This document shows, piece by piece, positions 28,951-42,480 of a DNA stretch of 64,000 bases (its first letter is position 1; each line of letters begins with the position of its first letter). This DNA comes from the human T2T-CHM13v2.0 reference genome, Homo sapiens: the NCBI RefSeq assembly GCF_009914755.1, contig NC_060942.1. One strand, written 5' to 3'. The position numbers were made by a program, and so were the translations under genes. The notes under the pieces were generated by a model. It made no database searches. It had not been told where the DNA came from and saw only the letters and a program-made list of their open reading frames with translations.

Positions 28951-29304
28951 TGATGACCAGGTCTGACACGTATAGTAGACAATGCTAGTTGTAAACTTCT
29001 AAAAGGCAAGAGAAGTCATGCCCAATGTAATCTTTATGTCTAAATGGCTCTGCTTGGGGTTTTGCAGTATGGTACAAAATGTGTACAGCTATACTTGGTA
29101 CCCCAAACAATGATCAAGGCAGAAATGGAAGAGGTATTGAAGTATTACTTCTGAGGAAAACTCAGAAGCCAAGTAAGTCAATTCGATAATAAAAGGGAAT
29201 GCAGACGTCCCCAGTATTTTCTAGGCCAAGTTATGTGCCACCACAGGCATGACCTGTTAATGCAGTATTGCATAGCATATTGATGGTTTGGAATGCTATA
29301 TCTG

Positions 29305-29362
29305 GTGTGTGTGTGTGTGTGTGTGTCTGTGTGTCTGTGTGTGTGCATGTCTATGCGTGTGT
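29305..29362. repeat. Imperfect (TG)n microsatellite
   Basis: Seen directly. Confidence 0.9.
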
Positions 29363-30583
29363 GGGTAACCCAACCAATAGAGCATCCTCAGTGCTAGTGA
29401 GAACTGGGTGGTGGTCAAGCCTCTGCTACAGTGTTACCTCCTTAAAGTGTCATTTCCATCACTTTTCTATCTAAAAATGTGCCCCGCCTCCATCAGAAAA
29501 GCCTTAACTATTACCAGAAAGCCTGCCTAAGGCCCTCAATTGGAATACATTCTGTTATATTATAATTGCATTGTGTTCTGAACTTTTTTCTCCTTATCCC
29601 TGACATTTTAAAGAACATACTGTGCTTGCTTACGTAATAAAGATATGGTATTAGCTTGCATGAAGAAAATGGCCTTTTTGTCTTTAGTGAGATTGTAGTT
29701 TCTAGTGAAAGCTATGATTTTATGTATGACTGTTGACATTCTTGCCTCTCCAAGGAATCCTTATAAGATAAAATGTCTCTTTCCTTTTGGTAATATTATT
29801 TCAAAAATAGACTTAATCTAAAACAGCTGTTGAAATTGATCCCAAACTGCAGAGTAGGAAAAGGAGGAATAATTTTATTGGGTAAAACTATACATAACAA
29901 ACTGGTCAACCAGATGAAATTTTCTCTTAAAAAAACAGGTAATGCTATTTAAAAAAATACATACTGGTGTGAAGAAAATTATATAAAATGAGTATAACTG
30001 TTTATTGCTTTATATTAATTGTTGCCAGATATTATTTCCCTTTTTTCTATTTTATTTTGCTCTACTTATTTCCTCACACATTAAACATTACATAGTATTT
30101 AAGATTTTAAAGAAAAAAATAAGAAAAATTATAGCTCTAGTTGCCACTTTATTTTTGCTACATAGCTTCTAATATGCTTTTCTCTTTCAGAAGAATTTGT
30201 TATGGTGTAAATTTAATGTTCTGAAGAGGAAGGGCTATACTTTACCTTACCTCTGTCCCCAAAGTCAGTGCATGAGCAAATCACATGTGCCTGGCCAATT
30301 GGAAGCTCCAACTGGGAATTTTAGCCTTTGAACACATATTAGAAAGACATCAAGATGGTTAGAATTAATTTACAAAAACAGCAGTGGTAGCTGTGTCCCA
30401 CAGACTTTGTATTAAAGATAGCCTTTTCACCTCTTCTTGGCTTTATGGTGGTGTCTTAATTTATGAATATATTACAAGCTATTCTTCTATTTCTCTTAGA
30501 GCCCAGAAGTATTAACACACTAAAAATACATTTTCATTTTATTTAAGGTATACAAAATTGATTTTGATACTTGAAGCTGAAGA

Positions 30584-30726
30584 CATACATGTATATGTAT
30601 GTATTATACATGTAGACATATGTGTGTTGTATATGTATATATGTATTACATATGTATATATGTGTTACATATGTGTATATATGTATATAGAGGTATCACA
30701 TATGTATATATATGTTATATATATAA
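30584..30726. repeat. Degenerate (TA/TG/CA) low-complexity tract
   Basis: Repeated acatatgtatatatgt-like units. Confidence 0.85.
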
Positions 30727-31229
30727 AAATAATTTGGTTTGGTGTCTATACACATTATTTTAACAAATCAAATATGATCTTAAAATTGTCCAAGTTAAAC
30801 ATGCTTGTGCTGCTGTAAGAATCAGTATTATTTAAGATATTTCTTTGAGAGTAAAGAATTATAATAGATTGTTTAAGACAATCTATACAGGGATAGCATG
30901 CTGGAAAACTCTAGTGCTCTAGTGCACCATTATCAGTAGGACTCACAAAGAGATAAGACTTCCATAGCTGTTATAATCTATAATGTAAGCATCACTGTAA
31001 ATTGGTGGTTATGACCCCCAAAATCCAATGGTGCTGGAGCTTAGGATGCTAAGTGGAGAGGAGACTGCGATAAGCTCTGATAAGAGAAAAAAATCATGAT
31101 ATCTATAGTTTTAAAACTAGTCATTCCTTTTTTTTTTTTGAGAAATAGCTCCTGGCTTCTTGCTGGGACCTGGGAAGATTAAATGCTTGTTTCATGCATT
31201 AACGAGGCAGAGGGGTTATATGAAAGCCT

Positions 31230-32240
31230 TTTTAAGACTTGGTGTTTCCTTATATGCCAAATCCTTCCCCATCCCTATAGTAAGAAATGAGCAAAACAAA
31301 CTTAACAAATAAAAATACAACAACTTAAAACAAGCAAAATCTATAAAGAGAGAAAAAAACCTAAAAAAAAAAACCTCAAATGGATGAAATGATCTTTCAA
31401 ATAAGAAATAACAACAGAATGCCACCCCTACCTAAAAAAAACAAAAACAAACAAACAAACAAAAAAACAACCAAGATACACTCAGGCTTGAAAAGAGCTT
31501 CTGGAAATTAAAACTATGAAAGCACTATAAAAAGCTCAAGAGAAAGACTGAAAATGATATTTAGGGAAACTCACAGAGTATAACAAAGAAAGAAAAAGTT
31601 ATGTAAAATATTGGGGAAAAATAAAGGAATTGTATTACCAGTCCAGGATGTTTACCATCTTAAAAATAAGACTTGTGGAGCCAGCTAATTGAGATAAGAT
31701 AAAGAAGAAAATGTTTAACACAATAATCAAGAAAATTTTATAGGAACTTAAAGAAATGAGTTTCCACATTTAAAGGATTCATTGGGTGCTTAGCTCAAAG
31801 AATAGACATAAATACGTAGCAAGACAACATAATATTTTAGTTTACCTGCATTAACAGCATCTAGTGGTCAAAGGAAGAAGTAGAGGTGAAGGGAACAGGT
31901 GACAGTCACATACAAAGGAACTGAGATTAAGAATCACATCAGACTTCTCAACAGACATATGGGGGGCCAGAAGACAATGGAACAATGTCTTACAATTTTG
32001 GGAGATGATGCTAAGTATAGAATTCTATACACATTCAAATTGTCAATCAGGGGTTTGTACAAACTAAAAATGTTTTAGATCTGTAAAGTATTCATTTATT
32101 TTTATAAGTCCTTTCTATCGAATGTAGATTTTTGCCAAAATGAGGGAGTAAACCGAAAGAGAAAACAGGATATCCAATACTCAAGATTTAGGGAAGTCTC
32201 GGATGGCAGCTGGATTGTAGACCTACAGAGCATCCCTGCT
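31230..32240 (+). mobile_element. HAL1 or old L1 ORF1-like fragment
   Basis: aagaatcacatcagacttctcaacag...ccagaagacaatggaacaatg...agaattctatac and caaaatgagggagtaaacc resemble HAL1. Confidence 0.6.
31853..31871 (-). promoter_or_regulatory. Possible CTCF motif
   Basis: Minus strand reads TGACCACTAGATGCTGT, a partial match to the CTCF core. Confidence 0.25.
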
Positions 32241-32570
32241 ATAGGGGACCACATAGATGCCCACACTTCTGAGAGTTCTGCAGGAACATTCCCCTCAGCC
32301 CTCACCCCTCTTTGGGGGTTACATTTGATGAAGAAAACTGCTTTGTTTGGAGTTTCAGGGGCAGTCTGCATCAAAAGACTGATCACTGCAGGGGTATAAA
32401 GGCACAGTTATCTCACCCCAACTTGGAAGGGGCCATTTCAATTCCAGAATACTGAGTTAGTCTCCCTCTGCCAAATTGTCCTTCCTTCTCCATTCTACAG
32501 GTGTGATCCCAAGTGCATTTCCTAATAAACCTCCTGCACACTAATCTCTATCTCAATTTGCTTCTTCTCA
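32240..32570 (+). mobile_element. LTR16-like ERVL solo LTR
   Basis: TATA-like ggggtataaagg, acaggtgtgatcccaag, ctaataaacctcctgcacactaatctctatctca are LTR16-family hallmarks. Confidence 0.65.
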
Positions 32571-33699
32571 TAGCCATTTAGCACAGTTTGGTTTTAAACT
32601 GTTTACATGAATTACCTTCTTAAAATAAAAGTTAACAAAAATAAGTAAAGTAGGCTGGCACAAATTAAAGTAAAAATAAAATACATAAGTAAGGTTAGTA
32701 TACAAAATTCACACCCCAACGACCTGTAATATAGAGGAGTTTAAATCAGAGTGCAAGCTTTAAATTAGAATACCACCAGTGTGAAAGAGATGAACACAGT
32801 TAATTACATGACTCAGTAGGTGTAAGATAAAAATAAACCTGCTCCTAAAGAGGACATTGTATTACTTTATTTCAAGAATAAAGAGAAATTTTTCTCATGA
32901 GTTATTAAATAAACACTTTTGTTGTACCAGGTGTCATTGATACATTCATTTAGCCAGTCCTTCCAAAGCCTTGTAATTGTACAACAGGAGTCTTCAAGGA
33001 CTACACAGTAAGGTATAAGAACCAGCAAAGGAAAGATATAACCATTGCCCAGTGTCACATTGTCACTATAAAAGCAAATGCGTGGTGCTATGGGAACCCA
33101 AGGACCAATGCTAAAGCTGCTTTTAGTATCGTAACAGGGTATCCAGTGAAAGTGATGTCTAAATTTAGGTCTGAAATATGAATAGGAGTTAGATGAGTAA
33201 TGAGAAGAAAGAGGCAGAAAACCAGTAAAGTGCTTGCAGCAAGAAGGATAACAGCTTACCTGGGTGAATTGAAAACTTTTCAGGATAGCTAGATGGCAGG
33301 GTTTGCCTAACCTAAATTTATCTTCATCCTGGAGTAAGAGCCTCTTAAGTTTATTAAGATACAATGTGCAGGCAAAAGAAAAAAAATTCAGCCTCTTTTG
33401 CAGCAAAGTAAAGGCATATTACTTATTTCTGACCAATGAATACTAGTAGAGATGCTGTACTTCCCATGGAATCCTCTAAATGGAGGGAGTACACCCTTCT
33501 ATGGCTTTCCTTGCTCTGTGCCGTGGAACACAGCTGAGTTTGAGCACGAAGCTCATCAATTTTCAGCCTTAATTTGTCTTTTTATACAAATGTCTAAGGC
33601 TACAATTTCCCTCTCAAACAAATTTCATGGCCTCCCACAAGTTACGATATGTATTATTTTTATTTTCTCTAATTATACATTTTTAAACATTCGTCTACA

Positions 33700-34478
33700 A
33701 CTTGCTTAGTTGTGAAAAAAGTCTTTATGTAGTACTTCTTTGAAATCTGTTGGAAGTTTTTCAATTTTTATAAATATTCTATATAAGTTTCTGGAGAATT
33801 CAGTTTTTAAGTTGCTGTGTGAAGCAGTTTCTGTTAACTAGTATATTCTGTTTACGTGGGTAATCAATCAATATTTGAGATATGTTGAAATCTCCCACTC
33901 TGAGTGTGAATTTGTCAAATTCTCAATTTTAAAATAATTTTTTATTTAAATATTTGAATCTATATTATTTTCTCTCTACACTTTTAGAAATTTTGTACCT
34001 TCCTGGTGAGGTGAAGATTTTATTATTTTGTTGCAAACTTCCTTAACGCTGGCATAGCTTTGTGCTTTAACATCTATTTTTGGATATTATATAACTACAC
34101 TAGATTCCTTTAAACAATACTTTGTGTTACAGCTTTTTATAAGTGTTTTAAAAGTTTAACCCTTATAGCTGGGTTTAGTTTCTATCATGGTTAGTTGTGT
34201 ATTTAATTTGAGAAGTTTAGTTCATTTACGTTTATGATAATTATTTATATTTTTGACTTATTTTTAAAATCGTTATTTGTGCTTTCATTTGTTCTGATTT
34301 TCCATTGCTTTTTTAATCTTCTTTTTTCATTGACTGAACTTGTATATTTATCTGTTTCTCTTCTTCATTTTAAAAATCTTGGCGCTAGTTTGTAAGTAAT
34401 TCCGGTCTGTTTAAACTTATTTTAGATGGTGTCCCTTGACATTTTACCATACGTGTTTACGTAAACGATGTTTACAAT
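33700..34478 (-). mobile_element. Old L1ME fragment
   Basis: T-rich strand with antisense ORF2-like stretches (gttgaaatctcccactctgagtgtgaatttgtc). Confidence 0.55.
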
Positions 34479-34480
34479 TA

Positions 34481-35372
34481 CAGTAGTCTCCCCTTATTCA
34501 AAGTTTCCCTTTCCACAGTTTTTGTTACGCACAGTCAACCATGGTTTGAAAATATTAAATGGAAAACTCCAGAAATAAGCAATCCATAAATTTTAAACTG
34601 TGTGCCATCATGGGTAGCATGATGAAATTTTGTGGTGTTGCTCAGCAAAGACTTAAAAAGAAGGCTAACATATCTCTTATAACCACTTTGTCCTCTATTT
34701 ACGGAGAACATATTTGCCTTAAATGTATTGTTGTTTGGGATTAAATAATTTATTATAACTAAATTTTGAAATATTCCTTGACACTTTTTAGCCTAAAATC
34801 TGTTTTTTGTTGTTGTTTGTTTTTTGTTTTTGGTTTTTTTTCTGTCCATTATCTCCACACTGAATACATTCCCACTCACTAGTCACTTAGTGGCCATGTG
34901 GATTATCAGATCGACTGTCATGGTATTCCAGAGCTTGTGTTCAGGTAACCCTTGTTTTTCTTAATGATGGCCTTAAAGCTCAAGAGTAAGAGTAGTGATG
35001 ATGGTAATTTAGATATGCCTAAGAAAAGCCAGAAAGTAAAAAGGTGAAAGTTCTGTACTTAATAAGGAAAGAAAAAAGCATCGTGTGTGGAGGTTGTGAA
35101 GATTACAATAAGAAACAACCTACCTGTGATACTGTGAAGAAGGAAAACAGAATTCATGCTACTTTTGCTGATGCACCTCACACTGTAAACGTTACTGCCA
35201 CAGTGCATGATAAATCTTTAGTTAGAATTGAAAAGGCGTTAAATTTGTGGGTGGAAAACATGAACAGAAACGTATTCTGATTGACGGCAGTTGGGTTTGG
35301 TACTACCTGTGGTTTTAGGCATCCACTGGAGGGGCTTGGAATGTATCCGCTACAGATAAGGGGGGACTACTG
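34481..35372 (+). mobile_element. Tigger4 (Zombi) internal-deletion derivative
   Basis: TIRs cagtagtctccccttatt / gataaggggggactactg flanked by TA on both sides; ORF 35044-35280 resembles the Tigger4 transposase N-terminus (KVL.LIRKEK...EKALNLWVE.MNR). Confidence 0.88.
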
Positions 35373-36110
35373 TAATCAATATTTTACCTCAGCCTCACAA
35401 ACCACACAAAGGCCTTAGGGGGGAAAAAAGCTTCTATCTTCTTGATTTATATAGCATTATTTCTGATATTTTAGACGTGATTTTATAATTTTACGTGGGT
35501 TATATTCTTCAAATTTACTTACCATTTTATATAGATAAGTTTGGTTTACATTTATTTACTGAACTCCTATGGTCTTTAAAGACCTTTTTTCATGCTTACT
35601 ACATTGTAAACATGGAGGATGCCTGTTTTTTTAAATGAATCATCTCCCTGTTTCTCACACAACTGTATTGACAGTTGCCATGGCACAACCTCCTTGGAGA
35701 TTACTTATGTTAGTCACAGGAAAGGGCGCCTGCAATATTTAGACGGATTTGTAAAATAAGCTAGATGGAGTTACCATATGCATGCATGGTTGCCCCTTTC
35801 TCTCTTGTATCCTTTTCATTCCTCCCTAGAGGAGAGGATAAAAGAGTCAAAGCACAACAGCTATATTTAGAATATTGGCAGAAAGAGTCTTTGTATTCTA
35901 ACAATGTAAAAAAAATGCTTGCTCAATAATAGCATGACAACCTAATCTGAAGAATTAAAGATTTTCTGTTCTGAGAATACTGTGATATGCCAATGCAGAG
36001 GATTTTGAAGTTGATTGCCTCTTTCTATACTCAATAATGATAAAAATATAAACAATATTCTTGTTTATACAGAATATTTTATATTCTGTATTGAGGAATA
36101 TTTGTTAAAC

Positions 36111-36208
36111 AAATATTCCTCAATACAGACAAATATTCCTCAATACAGACAAATATTCCTCAATACAGACAAATATTCCTCAATACAGACAAATATTCCT
36201 CAATACAG
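36111..36208. repeat. 20-bp minisatellite, 4.9 perfect copies
   Basis: aaatattcctcaatacagac repeated head to tail; an inverted copy lies at 36085-36104. Confidence 0.97.
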
Positions 36209-36729
36209 CAGTAGAACCTAGCATTTTTTTCCCCTTGTGTTAACCTCTAGGTATTTCTTCCATGTGAGTATAATAATAGAGTAACTGTGGCTTATAAAGT
36301 AGCCTTTTCCCCCATCATCATATAATAATTACCCTTTGTTGAATGCCATGTGCCTAAACAATGCATTAGAACCTTGATCATCGTTGCTTTCTATTCTCAT
36401 AGCTTCATAAGAACTCCATTACCCTTACTTTTTTTAATCAGGAAATTGAGAGAATTTTCTCAAGATTAGACAGATAATGATGATGACAGCTGGGCTTAGA
36501 TTCAAAATCTTAACATTCAAAAGCCAAGGATCTTAAGTACTCTTTGTTTGAAATTTGATTCACTACACTCTTGCCTCCAACAAGGCAACATTTCTTGCTG
36601 TCATTTCCTTTCTGTTATTTCCCTTCCGTATACTTTTTTCCAATGGATTTTATTCCAGCTGCTCCATATAACACTACTATGATTACTAATAATAACATCA
36701 TGCTGACTCCATAGAAGAGCATTGCATGG

Positions 36730-36930
36730 CGACTCACAGTTCTTTGAATGTATTATTCCAATTTATCTGTGCAACAACCCTATGAGGAAAGTTTGCATGA
36801 CTTCTAGTTTTACAGATAAGTAGCTAAGGCTCAGAGAAAGTAATTCAGTTTTTCAAGATTACCCAGTTAGTATATGGCAGACTCAAATTGTATTCCAGGT
36901 CCTCTGATTTAAATTCCAAAGTTCTTTATT
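36730..36930 (-). mobile_element. MIR SINE
   Basis: acaaccctatgagg...ttttacagataagtagctaaggctcagagaaagtaa, antisense MIR core. Confidence 0.75.
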
Positions 36931-37216
36931 TCACAATAGCCAATTATTATAAAGATAAAAACATAAACAATAACCTTCAAACTACTTAGGGATGTGAGGC
37001 ACCACCAGGCTAGCAAATTCTTGGTTATAGGCAGACTTGTAAAGAATGCCAGTGTATCTCTTATAACATTTTTGACCTCCAAATATTCAAGAAGAAAATG
37101 TTAGCATTAAATTTATTATTGTTGGGTTAGCTAATTTACTACAAATAAATTTTAAAATATCCATCAACACTTTCTAGCCTAGAATTTATTTGGCAAGTGA
37201 CATAATAAGAAAATAA

Positions 37217-37468
37217 TGGGAGACCAAGGCAGGCACATCAGTTGAGCCCAGGAGTTTGAGACCAGCCTGGGCAACATAATGAGACCCTGTCTCTAGCCAA
37301 ATAATAATGATAAAAAAAAAAATAGCTGGGCGTGGTGGCACGGATCTGTAGTCCCAGCTACCTTGGAGGCTGAGGTAGGAGGATCACCTGAGTCCAGGAG
37401 TTCGAGGCTGCAGTGAGTGGTAATTGTGTCACTGCACTCCAGCCTGGGTGACAGAGTGAAACCCTCTC

Positions 37469-37512
<44 letters not shown>

Positions 37513-37660
37513 GCTGGGGATGGTGGTGCATGTCTGTCATCCCAGCTACTCTGGAGACTGAAGTGGGGGGGATTGCTTGAGCCCAGGAATTTGAGGCTGC
37601 AATAAGCTATAATAGTGCCAACACACTCCAGCCTGGGTGTCAGAGTGAGAATTTGTCAAG
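37217..37660 (+). mobile_element. 5'-truncated AluJ dimer with (TAAA)n tail followed by an extra right monomer
   Basis: Left arm from tgggagaccaaggc, right arm ~37323-37470, (TAAA)n to 37511, second right arm 37512-37657. Confidence 0.9.
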
Positions 37661-37750
37661 AAAGAAAGAAAGAGCGAAAAAGAGCTAAAGAAGGAGGAAG
37701 GAGAGAAAGAGAAAGAAAGAAAAGAAAGAAAGGAAGGAAGGAAGGAAGGA

Positions 37751-37790
<40 letters not shown>

Positions 37791-37950
37791 AAAGAAAGAA
37801 AGAAAAGAAAGGAAGGAAGGAAGGAAAGAGAAAGAGAAAGGAAAGAAGGAAGGAAGGAGAAAGAGGAAGAAAGAGAGAGAAAGGAAGGAAGGAGAGGAAG
37901 AAAGAAAGAAGAAAGCAAGAAAGAAAGAGAAAGAAATAGAAAGAGAAAAT
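37658..37950. repeat. ~290-bp polypurine (GAAA/GGAA) tract
   Basis: Almost pure A/G; expanded Alu tail. Confidence 0.95.
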
Positions 37951-39611
37951 AAGTGGAAGCCAAAGGGACTATAGTAATTTTTAAATTTACATAATCTATC
38001 TCCTTATAGCCCCTTTTGGAATCATTCTGTAGATTTGCTTATACCATTATATACATCAGTAACATTTAGCAAGAACAAAAATTAATTGACATTGGAAAAA
38101 GTGGAAAACATTTGCATCACGGTGATTTGTGTACAGGGTTATTAGCATGGCTTCTCAGATATAATCATTACTTAATATTCTATCAACCATATTTAATATA
38201 ACATATATGATTCTTAGACTTATTCTGATGTAACTCATACTTTTTCTTTCTTTCTTTCTTTTTTTTAGTTTTCTAGACCCAGCTGATGCACATGTGTGAC
38301 TCTCATGATTGCTAGTGAGATTTTCAAATGTAATCATTATCTGGAATGTTATGTCTTTTAAGGACATAGCAGTTTTGGCTTGTTAGGAAAGACTGAAAAT
38401 CCAATTGAACAAAATTTTCCATAAAAAATTTTAAAACATATTAATTCATAGGAGATAAGAATTAACCATAGATACATTCAAGTAGCAATTTAAGGTGTCA
38501 ATTATTTTGATTCCTATTTTTGCAATGTCTAAGTTTATTCTTAAATATCATAATACATGTATCTATCTTTCTCTTTTCTTAGAATCATGCAGTAAAATAG
38601 AGATGGGTGATTAAATAACTCCTAGGACAAAGAAGCAAGATTAGAAATAGGGCTACTTCTGCTTCTGTGGTCCATTAGCAGACAAAGTGCTGTATAAAAA
38701 CAGTAAAACAAGGACTACATTACTGAAATTTGAGGAAAGTAACACATCCTGCATCTGACCCAGTGATATGTCCATATATCATTCCCTAAAATCAGGTCTT
38801 ACAGTTTTTAGTTAATCTTTGCAAAAATTCCCGAGAAATGTGCAGGTTTAAGAAGTGGAAATTCTTACCCACGTCAAGTGTGGGATGAGGACAATGGGTT
38901 GGCAATGGATGGACAGTGCTTAAGTATTCGTTATATCTGGTCCACCAAAATCCATAGACAATCATTCATTTAGTCCTTAATAAGGCACTGTGTTTCAAAT
39001 CTGAAGTAACTGGCAGCAGATCATACAGCACAGGAATTTCCAAGTACTGTTCTGAGTCAGAGTAATTCCTGAGTCTGGTGGCCCCTTTCTTTATCTTTTC
39101 ATTTTGGATACTTTGTTTTGCCAGCTGAGAAATACCTTTCCAAGGAAATCAAAAGGTATGAGTCTGGCTGGTGTGCCACAGGCCTCAGTTGAAACTGACA
39201 TATTAGATAGTCAAGAGGTAATAGCTCAGAGAAAGCAAAATTATGAGTTTGGGAATTAAAAGAAAATGATACTGTTTTGAACTTTTATAATTTTTTTTGT
39301 AAGATCTGGTACATATTACTTCATTATTTTACATAACACTGATTGAAGAGGCAAAGATAAATGCTGTTTTTCCCCATTTCGTGGATAAGAATGTTAAAAC
39401 AGAGATATTAAACTGAAATACACACTTCGGTAAATGCAGATTATAAAACTGGAAATGTAATATGCTCCTTGAAATAATTTTGAAGGTAGTATTTTCTCTT
39501 ACTAGCTGGGTAAAATCCATACTAGGCTAAAATTCACTGTTATGTAGAACTTGGCATTCTGTTTCTGCTTTGCTGTTAATTTACTGAAGTGAGGAAACTC
39601 ATTTCTTGTAG

Positions 39612-39966
39612 TGTTATGGACTGAATGTATGTGTCCTCCCAGACCTCATATGTGAAGCTCTAACCCTTGGGAGGTAAGGCCTTTGGGAGGTAATTAATCT
39701 TAAATGAAGTCATGATGGGGGAGCTCCTATAACGAGGTTAGTGCCATTTTAAGAGGAAAACACCAGAGCCTTCTTTCTGGGCCATGTGAGGATAGAGCCA
39801 GCTGGCAGCTGTCTGCAAGCCAGGAAGAGAGCCCTCACTAAGAAGGAATCCACTGTCACCTTGTTCTCAAGACTTCTGACCTCCAGAACTGTGAAAAATA
39901 AATGCTTGTTGTTTAAGCTTTCCAGTCAGTGGTATTCTGCTATAGCAGCCCAAGCTGATGAAAACG
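39612..39966 (+). mobile_element. MLT1A/MSTD-like (MaLR) solo LTR
   Basis: tgttatggactgaatgtatgtgtcc...ccagaactgtgaaaaataaa...ctatagcagcccaagctga; cttgtag repeated at both flanks. Confidence 0.88.
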
Positions 39967-41326
39967 CTTGTAGATCCACATTATACTGACCAAAGTTGCT
40001 TCATACATGATACTAGAACCTCATGCAAACGATCTTTACTATGATTTTTAGAAGCAGTAAAAGGTCATAGTATCTCTCTGAAAAGCTCATTCATATCATT
40101 ATACATATTTTACAAAGAATAGTGTAATAATAGTTGCTTATGGTCATATAAAATTTTACACAAAAATTTATCAAGATTTATGTTAAATATATTCAAGTTT
40201 TTCTTCCACAAAATACATTTTAGTAAAAGGTGAATCATTTATGACAAAATATGTGCAAGTGTTTTTCAAATTGTTATTTATTTATTTATCTTAGGTATAT
40301 TGAATGAATGAAGAATTAAAATTTGGATTTCCAGTCATTATGATTATACTTATATATAGTTTAAGAATAAAATATAAAAATGATAGTAGTTGAAACATTT
40401 ATTTTTGGAGGTTGACATTTTTCTAAATCTTTTTTTGTGGTTTGTCAATCATCAATATGCAATTTAAACTATCAGGCTAATTTATTACAACTGGTAATCA
40501 CATAATGAATAGCATTACAAATCCATTCTCTAATGGAAGTCTATAGCAATTTACAATCAGAGAAGAACTTTAAAGAATAAAGTTATTGATTCCCTGTTGC
40601 ATAATAGGAATTATTAAACCAATAATAAACCAAGGTCTCCTCTGAAGGCAGCAAAGACAGATGGATTTCACTATCATAGGGACAGTAGTTATTCCCCTAA
40701 TGATAGCCTTTTCCAGGGTTTAACTGCATATTCTGCCAGAGGATACTCTTGGTTTCACCATTTATATTCTAATTTTCAGATCAGAAGAGCAGCTGGTAAA
40801 TATCACTTAGAATAAACTTTCTATACTTAAGCATGTACAGTCATGACATTATTCTTTGTCTTCTTCCAGGGGTCTGAAGCTGAGTGCCTTATTGATCTTA
40901 TATTCTCTTATTTTGCATTACTGATTACTTTCCTATGAAACATTGCACAATTTATAAATTATTTAGCATGTAACTACTCAATAGCAAATTATAATATTTA
41001 GTTACCAAAGTCAAAATCACAGAAGTTCAATATAGTGAGATTTGATATTTTTGTTTAATGTAAATTAAATATGTATGAGCAAATTATTTTTCTTGCCTCA
41101 AAATACCATATAAGCTATACTTTTAGGTTAAAACTATATAAATAGATATATCAATATTTATTTCTTATTTTATTTAATTAATATTTATTGGATTAGTATG
41201 CACTGAACATATAAGATATAGTGTTTACTCTGTCAAGTAGCTTTCAGGCTGATGAGGGAAATATGGATAAGAATTTCTTAAACTATTATAACAAGTAATG
41301 GAAGTTATCACAAAGGCATAATTTTA

Positions 41327-41708
<382 letters not shown>

Positions 41709-41734
41709 TCATAAGCACAGAAGGGGATGAAAGC

Positions 41735-41890
41735 TATTATAAGTATGCTCTTCCCATCAGGAAGGCTTCACCTACTTGATCTCATCTAACCCTTATTACC
41801 TCCCAAAGGCCCCATCTCCAAATAACATCATATTGGGGGTTAGAGGTTCAACATATGAGTTTAAAGGGTACACAATTAGGTCCATAGCAC
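41735..41890 (-). mobile_element. MLT1A LTR fragment
   Basis: ttacctcccaaaggccccatctccaaata...ttcaacatatgagttt...gtccatagca. Confidence 0.8.
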
Positions 41891-42189
41891 ACCTCATCTT
41901 CTGCTTTTCTCCTCTCATTTTCTCCAACCCTACGGTTCCTCCTGGAATGATCCCTAGATAACCTCCCTCCAATCAAAGCCTTGGGCTCTGATTTCAACAA
42001 GAAACCAGAGTAACTAGTTGGCAGTGGAAAACATACTCTCAACACGGGATTGCAAAACTCACTGGCAGCTAGGCAAGAAGACTGTGAGTAGTAATAAGGA
42101 AGGCTATGAGTTACCAAAAAAAAAAGCAAGATCTCTTCCAATAATCTGAAAGTAATTCTTCTGGCTAAGATACACAGACCGATGCTAAA

Positions 42190-42480
42190 ATCAAAAACTG
42201 AGGCTGTAGAGATAGAATGGGAACAGATTATGTTGATCCTTAAAGGACATATTGAACTGTTTGGCTTTTCTCCTGAAACAAATGAGAAAGCACTGAAGGA
42301 TTTTAAGCTGTAGAACAATATGGTCATATTTGCATTGAATATATTAGGATGAGGAACAGATTAGAGAGGAATAGGTTGCAGTAAGGGAGTATTCCAGGAG
42401 GTGGGTATAGAGGCTACTTCATTAGTCCAGCTGGAAAAGATGATAGCTTGGACTAGGTGTTGGAAGCAGAGACCATATGA
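42190..42480 (+). mobile_element. L2 LINE fragment
   Basis: gcactgaaggattttaagc...atttgcatt...gaggctact...gtccag...gcttggactagg, L2 3' region. Confidence 0.65.

Noticed and set aside
32867-33406. 179-aa minus-strand ORF
   Set aside because: No recognisable domain, non-ATG start, overlaps a decayed L2-like fragment.
35044-35280. Possible domesticated TIGD/CENP-B-like gene
   Set aside because: Only a frameshifted N-terminal transposase remnant within a deleted Tigger4; no catalytic domain.
35674-35689. RFX X-box-like gttgccatggcacaac
   Set aside because: Second half-site is interrupted and there is no supporting context; plausible by chance.
36111-36208. CRISPR-like repeat array
   Set aside because: Units are head to tail with no spacers, no cas genes, and the context is primate DNA; it is a minisatellite.
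37615-37974. 119-aa K/E/R-rich ORF and its F/L/S-rich antisense ORF
   Set aside because: Translation of the GA-rich Alu tail.
41848-42327. 159-aa minus-strand ORF
   Set aside because: Spans L2 and MLT1 remnants; no family similarity.
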